From the NCBI RefSeq assembly GCF_009914755.1, contig NC_060936.1: DNA of 64,000 bases; one strand, given 5' to 3'. Source of the DNA: the human T2T-CHM13v2.0 reference genome, Homo sapiens. The notes beneath the pieces are model-generated. The model worked only from the letters and a program-made list of their open reading frames with translations. It did no database searches and was not told the origin of the DNA. The position numbers and the translations under genes are program-made. Positions 40,570 through 54,400 of the stretch are shown here, piece by piece (within the stretch, counting starts at the first letter, position 1; every line of letters begins with the position of its first letter).

Positions 40570-41795
40570 TCACTTTGACATTAACAAGGTACTCAGAAAA
40601 GTACATTTAAATGCTTGGGTGAAAAAGAAATTCTTTGTGGTGAAATCCTGGGTTGCAAGAGAAAGTCTTGTCATTACAAAACATCAAGACTTTAAGGAAA
40701 GAAAATCAATCTCTAGGTGTGCTTTTTTTTTTTTTCCTTTCTTTTCTTGTCTTAAGGAATGAGGTATCCATAGCTTGCCTGAGGATAATCCTTCACCTGT
40801 GTTTGAGATTCACAACCTGCTATCTCAGGGGTTTTATTCTAACAGTTTCAACTAACAGCCAAATACCAATCATTGCCAAACCTACATCTCTAGCTCTGAA
40901 TTTTTTTCTGGCACCAAGACCAATGCATTCATGTGTCCTATTTGATATTTCTAATTGTATATTCTAAAGTCACCTAAATTCAACATATTAGTTTGAGGAA
41001 GAATTTTTAGTTGCAAGCAACACCGCTGACTCTAGACAATTTAAATGTTCAATAAAATTTTTGAAATGGCTAGGGAACCTAAATTGAACCAAAATAGTTA
41101 AGAATAGTTACCAAAACAGTGATGTAAAATTATTTCAGTGAAGGAACCTCTACCATCAAAACTGAACAACGCTATTGCAGTAGGAAAATGATTTTGCAGT
41201 TTCTACCACTATGACTATTATTATTGTTACTGTTACTATTAATACTACCACTTCTGCTGCTGCTATTCCTACTACTCTTAATAGTAATACTTCTACTATT
41301 TGAGAGAAGAAAGAAAAAGAAAGGGATCAATTTCACTGCTGATTGCTTGAATTTCCAGCTGTAGAACTGAAGTTCCTTGCCAGAAATTATTGGAGCCAAC
41401 ATCACTTCTCTGTTTCCTGAACCATTTGAAAAAAATGGAAAATGTCAGTTCCAACACCCACAGTTGAATTCATTATCTTTCCTGCTCTTTTCACCACTCC
41501 ATTTCCTATTTTTCTAAATACCATCACCTCCCAGCCACTCAAGCTACAAACTTGAAAACCATCTTTGACTCCTCCCTTTTCCAATCAGTTTGGAAAAAGG
41601 TTTATATCTTAACCTTTTTAAGAAAAACATCTATCAAGTCTAACTTCTTTTTTTAATAAGAAAACCCTGTTACTATTTGAATGTTTCATTTCTGTTATTG
41701 TCACAATTTATTAGCTTTCTTTCTGACTCTAGTTACTTTCCAGCAATCCATTCCTTACATGAATAGAATACTCTTTTAAAAATAAAAATATTTCC

Positions 41796-42125
<330 letters not shown>

Positions 42126-43036
42126 ATATTTCCTAGTCTGTGTCAGGCTATAATCCTTAATTATCTCTACTAGCCTTACAGAGAGTAAAATAACTAGGAA
42201 GTCTCCATTCAAAGCCATTGTCGTCTAGCTTCTACTTGTCTCTCAATCCTGTCACTAACCTAGCTCATGCAAATCACCAACAACAACATTATCACTGTCA
42301 TTATGATCATCATTACCATTATGGCTTATATTAATTCAAAGCATATTGGAGTTCATACAGTTCTATTATCAACATGTTTTTGCACATGCTCTTCCACTGT
42401 TCCTTAATGAGTTTTATTCATCTTTCAACTCTCATTTTAGATTTCTCTTTCTCCAGAAGCCATATCTTAAAGCCAGTTTCCAATCACAAAACTGACTGCA
42501 TTAGATATCTTTTATTTCCAGAGCAGCAAGCACTTATTTTTATTTTCCTTTCCATCAGTTTCATGTATACAACCCTATGCCACGAGACTGTTAGCTTCTT
42601 GAAAGCTTAAACTGTGTCTTGATGACCAAGACTTGTGGCCTAAGTCTAACATTATTTCTTAATGTTAGACTTAATTATATATTTTACTTAATCTAATAAA
42701 TATTCCCTTGAAATCAAAACATTAAAGATTTCTGTGATCCTCTGGAACACGATAGGAAATAAATCACTGTAAAAGTGATTTGTAAAAAGCTACAGATTTT
42801 AAGATCATCACTGAATAAGTTCATTTATGTCCTACAATTCTTATAGTTCTTCCACTTGCCCAGGAAGATTATCAGAGCAAACAATAATGGAGGCTACCCA
42901 AAGAACTCAGGTGTGCAACCTGACCTAGGTTTCAGACATGCATAATACTACAACCTTGTTAATTTAAGAAAAATCAACATGTTTCCAATATACTGCTGGG
43001 TTTACAGAGACAAGATTTTTACAAACTATTCGATGA

Positions 43037-43353
<317 letters not shown>

Positions 43354-44514
43354 TTAAGATTTTTTAAACACTAAATGAATTATAGAATATCAGTGTTAAT
43401 CATATTCTGAAATGAGTAGAATTAAGTAAATTCTCTTCCATTATAGTTTAACCAAAATATTATAGAAGTTATGTCATACAATTTTTGTCTATTTTGTTAA
43501 GTTAGTATATTACTAAAAAAAACTCTATTTCAAATCCCTTGGACCCTTTTCTTCTCATCAAATTACTGCAAATACACTCTGAGCTTTATTTCATTTATTA
43601 GAGACTTAATAACATTGCTTTACTTCATAATTTTTTAAAATTGTCACAGAAATATTTTACAAATAAATACATTCAACAGATATTTGAATTATCCCTCAAA
43701 TGTATTTGAACTTTAAACAGTGCAATAAAATAATTCTGAATTAAGACATAGATAGGTAGTCTGTATTTCATTTGCAACTAGGATAATAATATATTCCTTG
43801 TGAAACATAGATAAGATTACCTGTGATTTCCTTTCTTGTACAAATTAATTTTGTAGAGTTAATAACTGATTCATTTTTCTCTTGCTCAATTTTCTATAAA
43901 CTTATCCCTAAATTCTCTAGCTGCCCTATCATATTCAGCCTAGACCTATCAAATTTATTTCCCCTGAATATTCAAACTCATTTTGAATAATTATTACTTT
44001 TCTTTTCTCCTATTTAAACCTGGAAAAATTACTCTCAACACCCGCTGCATGTTTATAATCCTGAGATTTCTCTTTATGGTTCTCTTGTGTTGGACTGCCT
44101 GTTCGCTATTTCTTATTTTCTTCTTTCTTTGCTTACTTCTTTACTTATGTATAGTACCCTTGTAAGTATTTGCGTAGGTAGAAGAAAAGTACATATCAAA
44201 GTCCTTGAATGTCCACAACTTTATTTTACCACCACATTTGAGTAATCCCTTGTTTGGATCTAGTATTGTAGGTTGATATAAAGAATTTTGAAAACTTTGT
44301 CCATCATCTTTTAGTACGTAAATGTTACTTTTTAAAATATGCTTACCATTTTAATACTTTCTTAATATAAATTCGTTATATTTTTTAAAGCTTTTATCAT
44401 GTCCACCATAATCCCTAGTGTTCTAAATATTTATAATTTTCGGGATTAATGTAGGTTTTTCTCTAATTCAGATATTTGGTCACATAAAAAAACATTTAAA
44501 ACCAGAATCTCAAA

Positions 44515-47500
44515 GAGCGATGTAAGCAAGATGGTGGAATTGGAGTTTTCTACCATCATCCTCCCACAGCACAGTGATTTTAACAGACACTCACAGATGA
44601 GAGTACTTTTGAGGGAGTCCAAGAGTCCAGCAGAGAAGTTCCACCATACCATGGGAGCAAAAATAACCAAGAAGAGACACACTGGGGAGGATAAGAAAAA
44701 TAATTCACTTTACCCATGTCACCTCACCCCAAGGCATCACAGCTCACTACTGGAGAGAGCACCTCTGTCCAGGATTTTTCTTATAAGAGAAAATGAGAAC
44801 ATAAAGAGTGATTGTCCAGCTGTTCCAGCTGTGTGAAGTACTGCCCAAGAGGCCCACCTCTTTCTAATCACATCCAGAATAGTGAGGGGATCAGCATAGC
44901 TGAATGGCTAGGAGAAGCTGGAAGCAAAGAAAAGAGGCAGAGACTAACAATAATAATGGCTTAAAACTCAACAAAGAGCCATGTAGCCTGTTAAATTCTT
45001 TGTGGACTCTATCAGGAGTCCTTTCTATGAGTTGCTTGGAACACTTCTCCTGCAGACTCTCCCCACAAGCTGGCCCACAGGTGCCCCTGACACTTTGTGT
45101 GCTTCACCCACTCCTTTGAAGTTAAGTTAATATCAGCTTAAAATAGACTGTTATGACTGTAAGATTTCTTATGTAAGCCCCATGGCAACAACAACACAAA
45201 AACTATATTAGATATGCAAAGATAAATGGTAGTGGATCAAAGCATACCATAATAGAAAATCAAAAAATCACAAGACAGCAAAAGAGGGAAAAAGTAACAA
45301 AAGAACAACAAAAGAGACAGAAAACAATTTTAAAATGCCAATGTTAAATGCTTACTTATCAATAATTATTTTAAATGTAAATGAACTAAATTCTCTGATT
45401 AAAAGTCATAGAGTGGCTGAGTGAATGAAGAAAAAACAAGATCCAAAATATGTTGTTTACCAGAGACTAACTTTAGATTTAAGGACACATATAGGGTTAT
45501 GTGAGATATGAAAAAAATAACCCATGTAAATCAAAACCAAAAGAGAGCAAGTTTGGCTACACTTACATCAAACAAAATAGACTGTAAGTCAAAAACTATA
45601 AAAAAAGACAAATAAGGTCATTATATAGTGATAAGATCAATTCATCAAGAGGATATAATAATTGTGAATATATATATGTGCATCCAACACCATAACACCT
45701 AGATATATAAAATAAATATTAACAAATCAGAGGGGGGAATAAATAGCAATATAATGATAGCAGGGGAACTTCAATACCCCCATGTTCAACAATGAAAAGA
45801 TAACGCCAATAGAAAATCAACAAGGAAATACTGAATTTGAATACATTTTAGACCAAATGGACCTAACAGACATATACAGAACATTCCATCCAACAGAAGC
45901 AGAATACATATTCTTATCAAACTTATGCAACATTCTTCCGGATAGATATGTTAGGCCACAAAAAAGTCATAAAACTTAAGAAGTTTGAATATATATCAAA
46001 TAGCTTTTCTGATCACAATGGTATGAAAATAGAAATCAATAACAGGGAAAATAATTTTTAAAATCCACAAATACGTGGAAATTAAACAACACACTCCTGA
46101 ATAACCAATGTGTCAGAGAAGTCAAAAGAGGAATCAGAAAATATTTTGAGACAAATGAAAATGAAAATACAACATAGCAAAACTTATGGGATATAGCAAA
46201 AGCTATTCTAAAGGGAAAGTATGTAGTGACAAATGTCTATATGCAGAAAAATGAAAAAGCTCTAATAAACTACCTAACTCTATACCTCATAGAACTAGAA
46301 AAAGAAAAGCAAAATAGTCCAGGTTAGCAGAAGAAAGAAAATAACAAACATTAGAGCAGGAATAAATGAAAGAGAGGAGACAAGAAAAACAATAGAAAAG
46401 ACCAAAAAAAAAAAAAAAGCGTTGGATTTTTGAAAAGATAAAATTGATAAATCTTTAACTACACTAAGAAAAAAGTGAGATAACTCTAATAAAATCAAAA
46501 ATAAGAGAAATTACAACTGATATCACAGAAATGCAAAGGATCATGAGACTACTATTAATAATTAGATACAAAAAATTAGATATGATAGAAAATATGGATA
46601 AATCCCTAGACACATACAACCTACCAAGATTTAATCCTGAAGAAGTAGAAAATCTGAATAGACTATTAACAAGTTAAGAGCTTAAATCACTAGTCAACAA
46701 TCTCCTAAAAAAGAAAAGCCCAGGACAAGATGGTTTCACTCACAAATTCTACTAAATGTTTAAAAAAGAATTAAGACCTGTCCTTCTCAAAATGCTTTCA
46801 AAAAATTGGAAGAGGAGGGGACATTTTGAAAATAATTTTACTAATCCAACGTTACCCTTGTAACAAAGCCAAGAAGGATACTGCAATATAAGAAAATTAC
46901 AGTCCAATATCCCTAATGAACATAGATGCAAAAACCCTCAACAAAATATTAGCAAATTGAATTCAAAAGCACATCAAAAAGGTCATACATCATGAACAAG
47001 TGGGATTCATTCCCGGGATTTAAGGATAGTTCAACATACGCAAATCGACAAATGTGATACACAGCATTAAGAAAATGAAAGATAAAAACTATGTAATTCT
47101 CTCAAAAGATGAATAAAAAGCATTTCACAAAATTCAACATCATTTCATGATCAAAACTTTTAACAAATTACAAATTAAAGATATATATGCTTCAGTGTAA
47201 TAAAGGCTATATATGACAAGCTCACAGCCAACATTCTACTCAGCAGTGAAAAGCTAAAATCTTTTCCTCTAAGATCCTGAATGTGAAAAGGATGCCTACT
47301 CTTTCCACTTCCATTCAACCTAATACTGGAAGTCCTAGATAGAGCAATTAGGCAAAAATAAGAAGTGAAATAAAAGACATCCAAATCAGAAAGAAATAAT
47401 GTAAGTGGTCCCTGTTTGCAGACATCATTATCTTATATATAGAAAACCATACAGACTCTACCACAAAAACTATTGGAAATAATGAAGAAATTTAGTAAAG

Positions 47501-49505
47501 TTATATTATAGTATACTAAATCAATGTACAAAATTTAGTTGTGTTTCTATGTAGTAACAACTATACAAAAATAAAATTAAGAAAATGTTATTTACAATAG
47601 CAACAACAAGAACGAAGTGCTTATGAATAAGTTTAAACATGGAGGTGAAAGAGTTGTACATTAAAAATTAAAGACATTGATGAAGGAAATTGAAGAAAAC
47701 ACATATAAATAGAAAGATATCCTATGTTCATGAATTGGAAGAATTAACACTGTTAAAATGCTCATACTGCCCAAAGTTCTTTACAGATTCAGTGTAATTG
47801 TATTAAAATTTCAATGGCATTTTTCAAAGAAATAGAAAAAAAGTCTAACGTTTGTATGGAACCACCAAAGACCCTGAACAGCTAAGGCAATTCTGACAAA
47901 TAAGAGCAAAGCTGGATCTTCACATTCCCCAATTTCAAATAATATTACAAAGCTATAGTAATCAACAAAGTATGGTACTGCCATAAAAACAGGCATATAG
48001 ACCAATGGAACAGATTACAATGCTCAGAAATAAACTCACACATAAGTAGGTAACTATCTTCGATAAAGGCACCAAGAATACCAAATGAGGAATGGATAGT
48101 CTCTTTGATAAATAATGTTGGAAAACTATGTCCACAAACAGTTTTGGATCCTTATTTTACATTATACACAGAAAGCAACTCAAATGCAGTAGTTAAGTCT
48201 TCCAGAAGACCTAAACATGTGAATTAATACCATAAAACTCCTAGAAGAAAATGTAGTGGAAAATCCATGAAATCGGTCATGGCAATAAATTTTTTGAATA
48301 TGCCATCAAAAACAAGTCAACAAAAGCAAAAATAAACAAGTGACCTATATCAAGTTACTATTTCATGAAAACAGCAAAGAAAACAACCAACGAAATGCAA
48401 AAGTAACTGATGGAATGCAAAAAAATTATAAGCCATATGTCTGATAAGGGATTACATTTCAAATATGTAAAGATTTCATACAACTCAATGACAAAAAAAG
48501 CACAATTTAAAAAATGGACAAAAAACCTGAATAGACATTTTTCTAAAGAAGACATATAAATGTCTAACAGGTATATGAAAATGTGCTCAGCATAACCAAT
48601 CAGAGAAATGCAAATCAAAACCAAAAGTAAAAAAAGTAAAAGATAAATGTTAGCAAGGATGTAAAGAAAAGGGATCACTGTACACTATTGATGAAAAGTA
48701 AACTAATATAGTCATTATGGAAAACATTATGGAGGTCTCTTGAAAAAATTAAACATAAAACTACATTATGATACAGCAATCTCACTACTGAGTATATATC
48801 CAATGGAACTAAAATCAGGATTTTTCAGAGATATCTGAACTCCCCATGTTCACTGCAGCATTATGCACAATAGTCAAGATACGGAAACAACCTAACTGCC
48901 CACTGATATGTAAAGCATAAAGAAAATGTGATACATGGACACAATGGAATGCCATTCAGCCCTAAAACAGAAGGAAATCATGCAATTTGATACAAAATGA
49001 ATGAACCTGGAGGATGTCATGTCAGACATATAAAAACTAACATTGCATAATCTCACTTATACCTTAAGTAAAAAAAGAATGTAGAATGCTGATTACCAGG
49101 GGCTGGGGTTGGGGAAAATAGAAAGATCTTAGTCAAAGGGTACAAATTTTCAGTTATGTGATGAATAAGTTTGTCACATATGAACTTATATGTATATAAG
49201 CATAGTTCATCATGAAATATAATGTGTAACATGTTGACAATGGTTAATAATAATATATTGTATACTTAAAATCTGCTGAGAGAATAAATTTAAGTGTTCT
49301 CACCACAAAATGTGGGAGTTGACTATGTGATGTGATAGATATGTTAATTAGCTTGATTGTGGTAATCATTTCACAATTCATACAAAATCATCAAGTTGTA
49401 CACATAAATACAATTTGTATTTGTCAATTATACTTAAAGCTGGAAGAATTTTTTAAAAAAATATACATATATACCTACATACGTGTGTAATTAAATGAAT
49501 AATAA
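44515..49505 (+). mobile_element. L1MA (L1MA8-10-like) with both ends and a large internal deletion
   Basis: 5' end gatgtaagcaagatggtggaat; degraded ORF2 about 45330-48950; 3' end ttgtcaattatac..aaagctggaa; imperfect flanking repeat aaaccagaa. Confidence 0.85.
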
Positions 49506-52500
49506 TAAACCAGAAATTAATGTTCCTCTTTTTAGGAATTTGTTCATTATTTTAATTCTTGGATAACATTTTCTTTTCACTGTTTTTGTTATCTTTTTCT
49601 AAAGTTGTTAAAACCAGAAATTGATCCTCTATCTTATATTCTCGTCTCTCTCTCTTACTCCCTCTCTCCCGTGTGTGTGTGCACACACACGCACACGTGT
49701 GCACATGTCTCTGTCTCTCTGTCTCTTTTGTTTTTTTTTTTGTTCTACTTTCTTGGAAGTTATCATTGACATTACCCTTTCAGCTTTCTATTAAATGTTG
49801 CATTTCTACTGTCACATTTTTATTTTCAAAGCTTTTATTTGATCTTTTCTTTAATCATTTCTTGCCAATATTACTCTGCTTTTCTTTGGGTGATGCAATA
49901 TTTTCTCTTATTCATCTGATAGTATCAATTGGAGACCTTTTGTCTTTGAAGTTCTTCTATTTTACGTATGTCTCTTCAAAATTTTTTCTTTTCTGAATGT
50001 TTGCATTCCAATCTTATGTTTTTGCTTCTTTTCGTGACATTAATGAATTTCCTTCTGAAACTTGTCTGTTTTCATCTCTAAGAGGGATGAAAAGATTGAT
50101 TGGAGTGTATAAGGAAGTGACATTCCCATCATTGGCCTAATTTAGAATTGGCAGATGGTGAGAGGAATTTTATGGGGCCACTCTTCCAAGGCAGGTTGAG
50201 GATAGATTGTTTTTCAGGACTAGTCCGTTTTTTCAGAGAAGGACACCTCCATTTGCTGTCTAGGAGAGGACAAATAGAAAGGGGTTGACATGCATCCAAC
50301 TGCCTCTTCTCTGGCAGCAGAAATGTGATTACGGTGTATCCGAGTGCTTGGTGTCTGAGGGTCCAGGAGTATATTCCATTCAATTTCTCCAAAGAAGAAA
50401 TTTTGTGTCTCTGTGAATTGGGTGAAAGAGGAGCGAAGGGGAGCAAGAGAATGACTGTTGCACAGGACATAAGTGTCCTGGCCCATCTAGGAGAAGTATT
50501 CATCAGCTCTGCTCTCATCTTCTATGTAGAATTATAATTCTCTGTCAATCTGCTATCACACAAATAACACCTGCTGTTGTAATTATCCCCTCTCTGCTTA
50601 TACCACATACTTCTTCTCAAAACAATTTCAGAAAAAAAAATATTATTCTGAATTCTTCTTTCAACATTTTATCTTTACTTCCTTCACTGATATGCCTTTT
50701 CAATTGTCTCCTCTTCTTTTCTATCTAGGTGCAAATAGGTTTCATGACAAATGCCACTCGCAATGGATTGTAATGGCTGTTTGAAGGGCTAGGTAGAGAG
50801 GGGTCGTAAGGCCAATTCCAATTTAGTAGAAAACAGTTCTGGGGTTGGTTAGTGATGTTCTCAGAGGTCGAGGGAATGACAAGTCTCTCACAAATACCGT
50901 GTGTTTGCTGATACTGATCTAAACTGTTCACTCCAGACCACAAACTCTTCTCAATTTAAATTTTTCCTCATTTTTATAGCCCATTTCTGATGTCGATTTG
51001 TTTAACTAACAACTTTCTTTATTAAAACATGTAAAGACATGACATTGCCTTATCTATAAGATACAATTACATTATCTGTAAAATGTGGGAAAATACCTCC
51101 CCTACCTATTCTGTAAGTTATTTGTGAAAATCAAATGAGATAATATGTTAAAAAGAGGCATCTAAATTTCCACCATCATAAATTATTAATACTTTTTGAA
51201 GGCAAAGGAAGATAATCATCTTTACTTTTCACAAGGCAGTATCTAGGACAAAGATTTTCATAGAATGGATATACAATAAATGTTTATTGAATGGAATTGT
51301 TTTTTATAACTTGCTCTATAAAACCTTCTCTAATATTTTGACCTGGAGTAGGGGAGTGGAGGAAGAGAAAGAGAGAGTATGTTGGAGTGAATATGACTTC
51401 ACTAGGCTCTAATCAATTAATTATCATTTTGAAAAGTCACACATAATTGATAATGGTTTTTGGAATTTATCTTCTGCATATAATCTCCTATTTCCTTGTT
51501 GGAAACGAATTGTGTCTGTCCCTATCTAACAAATTACAGAATAAAATGTGCTACACTGTGGACCTGTGATAAATAATAATTAATATTGATGAATTAACCT
51601 GATAAATTATTCCCTAAGTAGCATCCCATAGGACTATGAAATATGACTTGTTCTGAAGTCAAAAGTAAAGGCTGCTAGTCCATTAATCCCTCCTGCAACA
51701 CGTTCACATACAGACACGATTTTTACCCATGTTGGGGTAAAATGATTTTCAGAACCATTAACCTATTTGGCAGCGTTCCACTATGCCATTTGCCAGCATG
51801 TATACCTGATTTGTTTTCAAGGTAGGCTTATTCTACCAAGTTTGTAGCATTTCTACCAGAATGCTTACCTTAGGGACTTAACATATAATATTAAAAATGA
51901 TAAAAACCATTTTCCAACTCAGTGTTTCATTGTAGAGCAGAAAGTCACATGCATATTCAAACTAAATACGACTATATTCCCTGATTCTCTCCAGGTCAAT
52001 TCTGCTCCACTTTCTGCATTTTCAAGTCACTCATAATGAATCACACTTTATTCATCCATTCATGCAAGAAAGCTCCTAATCATTCTCACATTTTGCTTCT
52101 TCTTGACTACCATATTTAGTCATGTACTGAGCATACTCATTTTTACCTCCCATATGTGTTTGGCTCTATTCTCCTCAACCCCACTGTTGCTGACTTCCTT
52201 CAGGTCATTATGAATTTTTACAAGACAATAGCCATAAACTCTCAACTGCTCTTTTTCTCCATTTCTTCTCTTCAAATTATTGTTAATGCTGCACCAAATT
52301 CATCTTTGAAAAACATAGGTAAAATAGGGTCATGCTCCTACTTAAAAGCCCCTGACAAATGATCACTGCTCAGAATAAAAATCACACATACTTCAAAATC
52401 TGGCCCTAATCTATTTTAACAACACCCGTATCTCTTTTCCCCTTTCATAAAAACCAATATTCCTGCCATATTAAATATTTCAGCACCTGGGTCTTTTACC

Positions 52501-52937
52501 CTGTCATTCCTTGGCATGCAAACTGTCTTCTCTATGTTCACTGTGGAACATATTCTATTAATCCCTCAGAAGCTTCCAACTGGTAGCTGTTAAGCAGACA
52601 CAGTCTGCAGATGTGACTTGTTTTTTTCAAAAGTACAATCAAAACTAAAATTTTAATGCCTTTAGACACGCTTTTATTCTTCAGTGTCCTTAAATCTTTA
52701 CTATTCCCGAGTACCTATTCTGTCCTGATTCTCACGTTCATATTCCCTTTCAAGCTTCAACATGCCTCTGTTTCTTCAATTATATAAAGAGGATAGTGAA
52801 CGACCACATAATTTGCCTTAGAACAATGTCTGGCACACAATAAGGCCAGTGGACGTTAGAAATAATGATAATATAATTGTTGTTATGATTAAACACTTGC
52901 CCCCAAATGTATCTTCTTATTGAATAATTTCACATTT

Positions 52938-53050
52938 TAGGTTGATCAACCTTCTCAGTTTTCTCAGCACTGTCCTAATTATAGCACTGAAAGTCCAGCA
53001 TGCAGAGATATCCCTCAGTCCCTGGCAAACCAAGAAAGTTGTTCACCCTA
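52938..53050. mobile_element. MER81-like hAT MITE
   Basis: 113 bp with TIRs taggttgatcaac / gttgttcacccta and central tagcactgaaagtcc. Confidence 0.8.
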
Positions 53051-53185
53051 CTAATATCCTAAACAAGATCAATTATTTTCAGCCTTGGACTCCTTTTGTG
53101 CAGTATTCATGCTTCCTTTAATAGATCTTTATACATTTTTTGTATTGCTTATCATTTGCCTGTTTGTTCCAAGATCTAATTATTG

Positions 53186-53189
<4 letters not shown>

Positions 53190-53219
<30 letters not shown>
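53190..53219. repeat. (TG)n microsatellite
   Basis: About 15 TG units. Confidence 0.95.
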
Positions 53220-53222
<3 letters not shown>

Positions 53223-54103
53223 ACGCACATCCTCAATTCACAAAGTAACAACTTATTTTTAGAAAAAAATATAAATGAACTTCAGAAAAGAATTCAAATA
53301 TCAAATCATGAGTTGCTGGTCTGGAAAAATACAGATTTATTGAAGGCATATTTACTTTTAATGGGAGGGCTTTGGTCAATAATTTGTTGATAGAATGGAG
53401 GAAGCAGAAATTTATCTGGGTATATGTTCCTGCTGTTGATATGGATAAGTAAACCTGGATAGATCTAAGAGCAGTGTAGCTGTTGCTTGAAATTTAGATT
53501 CTAGTTCCTAATATATTCAATTCTCCCTATATATATGAGCCCTACAGAAATTCTTATTCCCTCTGTATTATATATTAATTTATTTTCTTTACTCTGAAGA
53601 AACTGTTTATTTTAACTTTTCAAATGATCTATTCAAATTGTCAGATAATTTTCCATTGCTAATTAAGAAGTGCATTAGTTGTGTGGTTAAAATGATTACC
53701 TGGGAAAATATGTATCTGTATATATTTATAGCTTATAACTGTTAAGGACATGTATTAGTAAATAATAGACTAATCTATAAAACTCAATCTGCCAAAATTT
53801 GTAATATTAATGAAATAAAATTATTCTGAAGCTGAGAGACACAATAGTCATCTTTTTCTGCCACACTAGTCGAGGGAGGAAAAAATTTTTCTGTAAGACA
53901 CAAGCCATAACTTTTTCTGAGGTCAAGAAAACACAGCCAATAGAGTGAGTTGTAGAGATTGACAATTGGGATATAAATCTGAATTCCAACTTACTACCTA
54001 TATAAACTTAAAAAATTTACCTCTTATCTTGGTAGCTCAGTTTACACAGCCGTCAAATAGAAATAATAATATCTACCTATCTAGATTTCTGTGAATTAAA
54101 TAA

Positions 54104-54400
<297 letters not shown>

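Noticed and set aside
50129-50537. Overlapping ORFs of 70-129 aa
   Set aside because: No recognisable domain or convincing splice context; likely chance ORFs in old repeat or unique DNA
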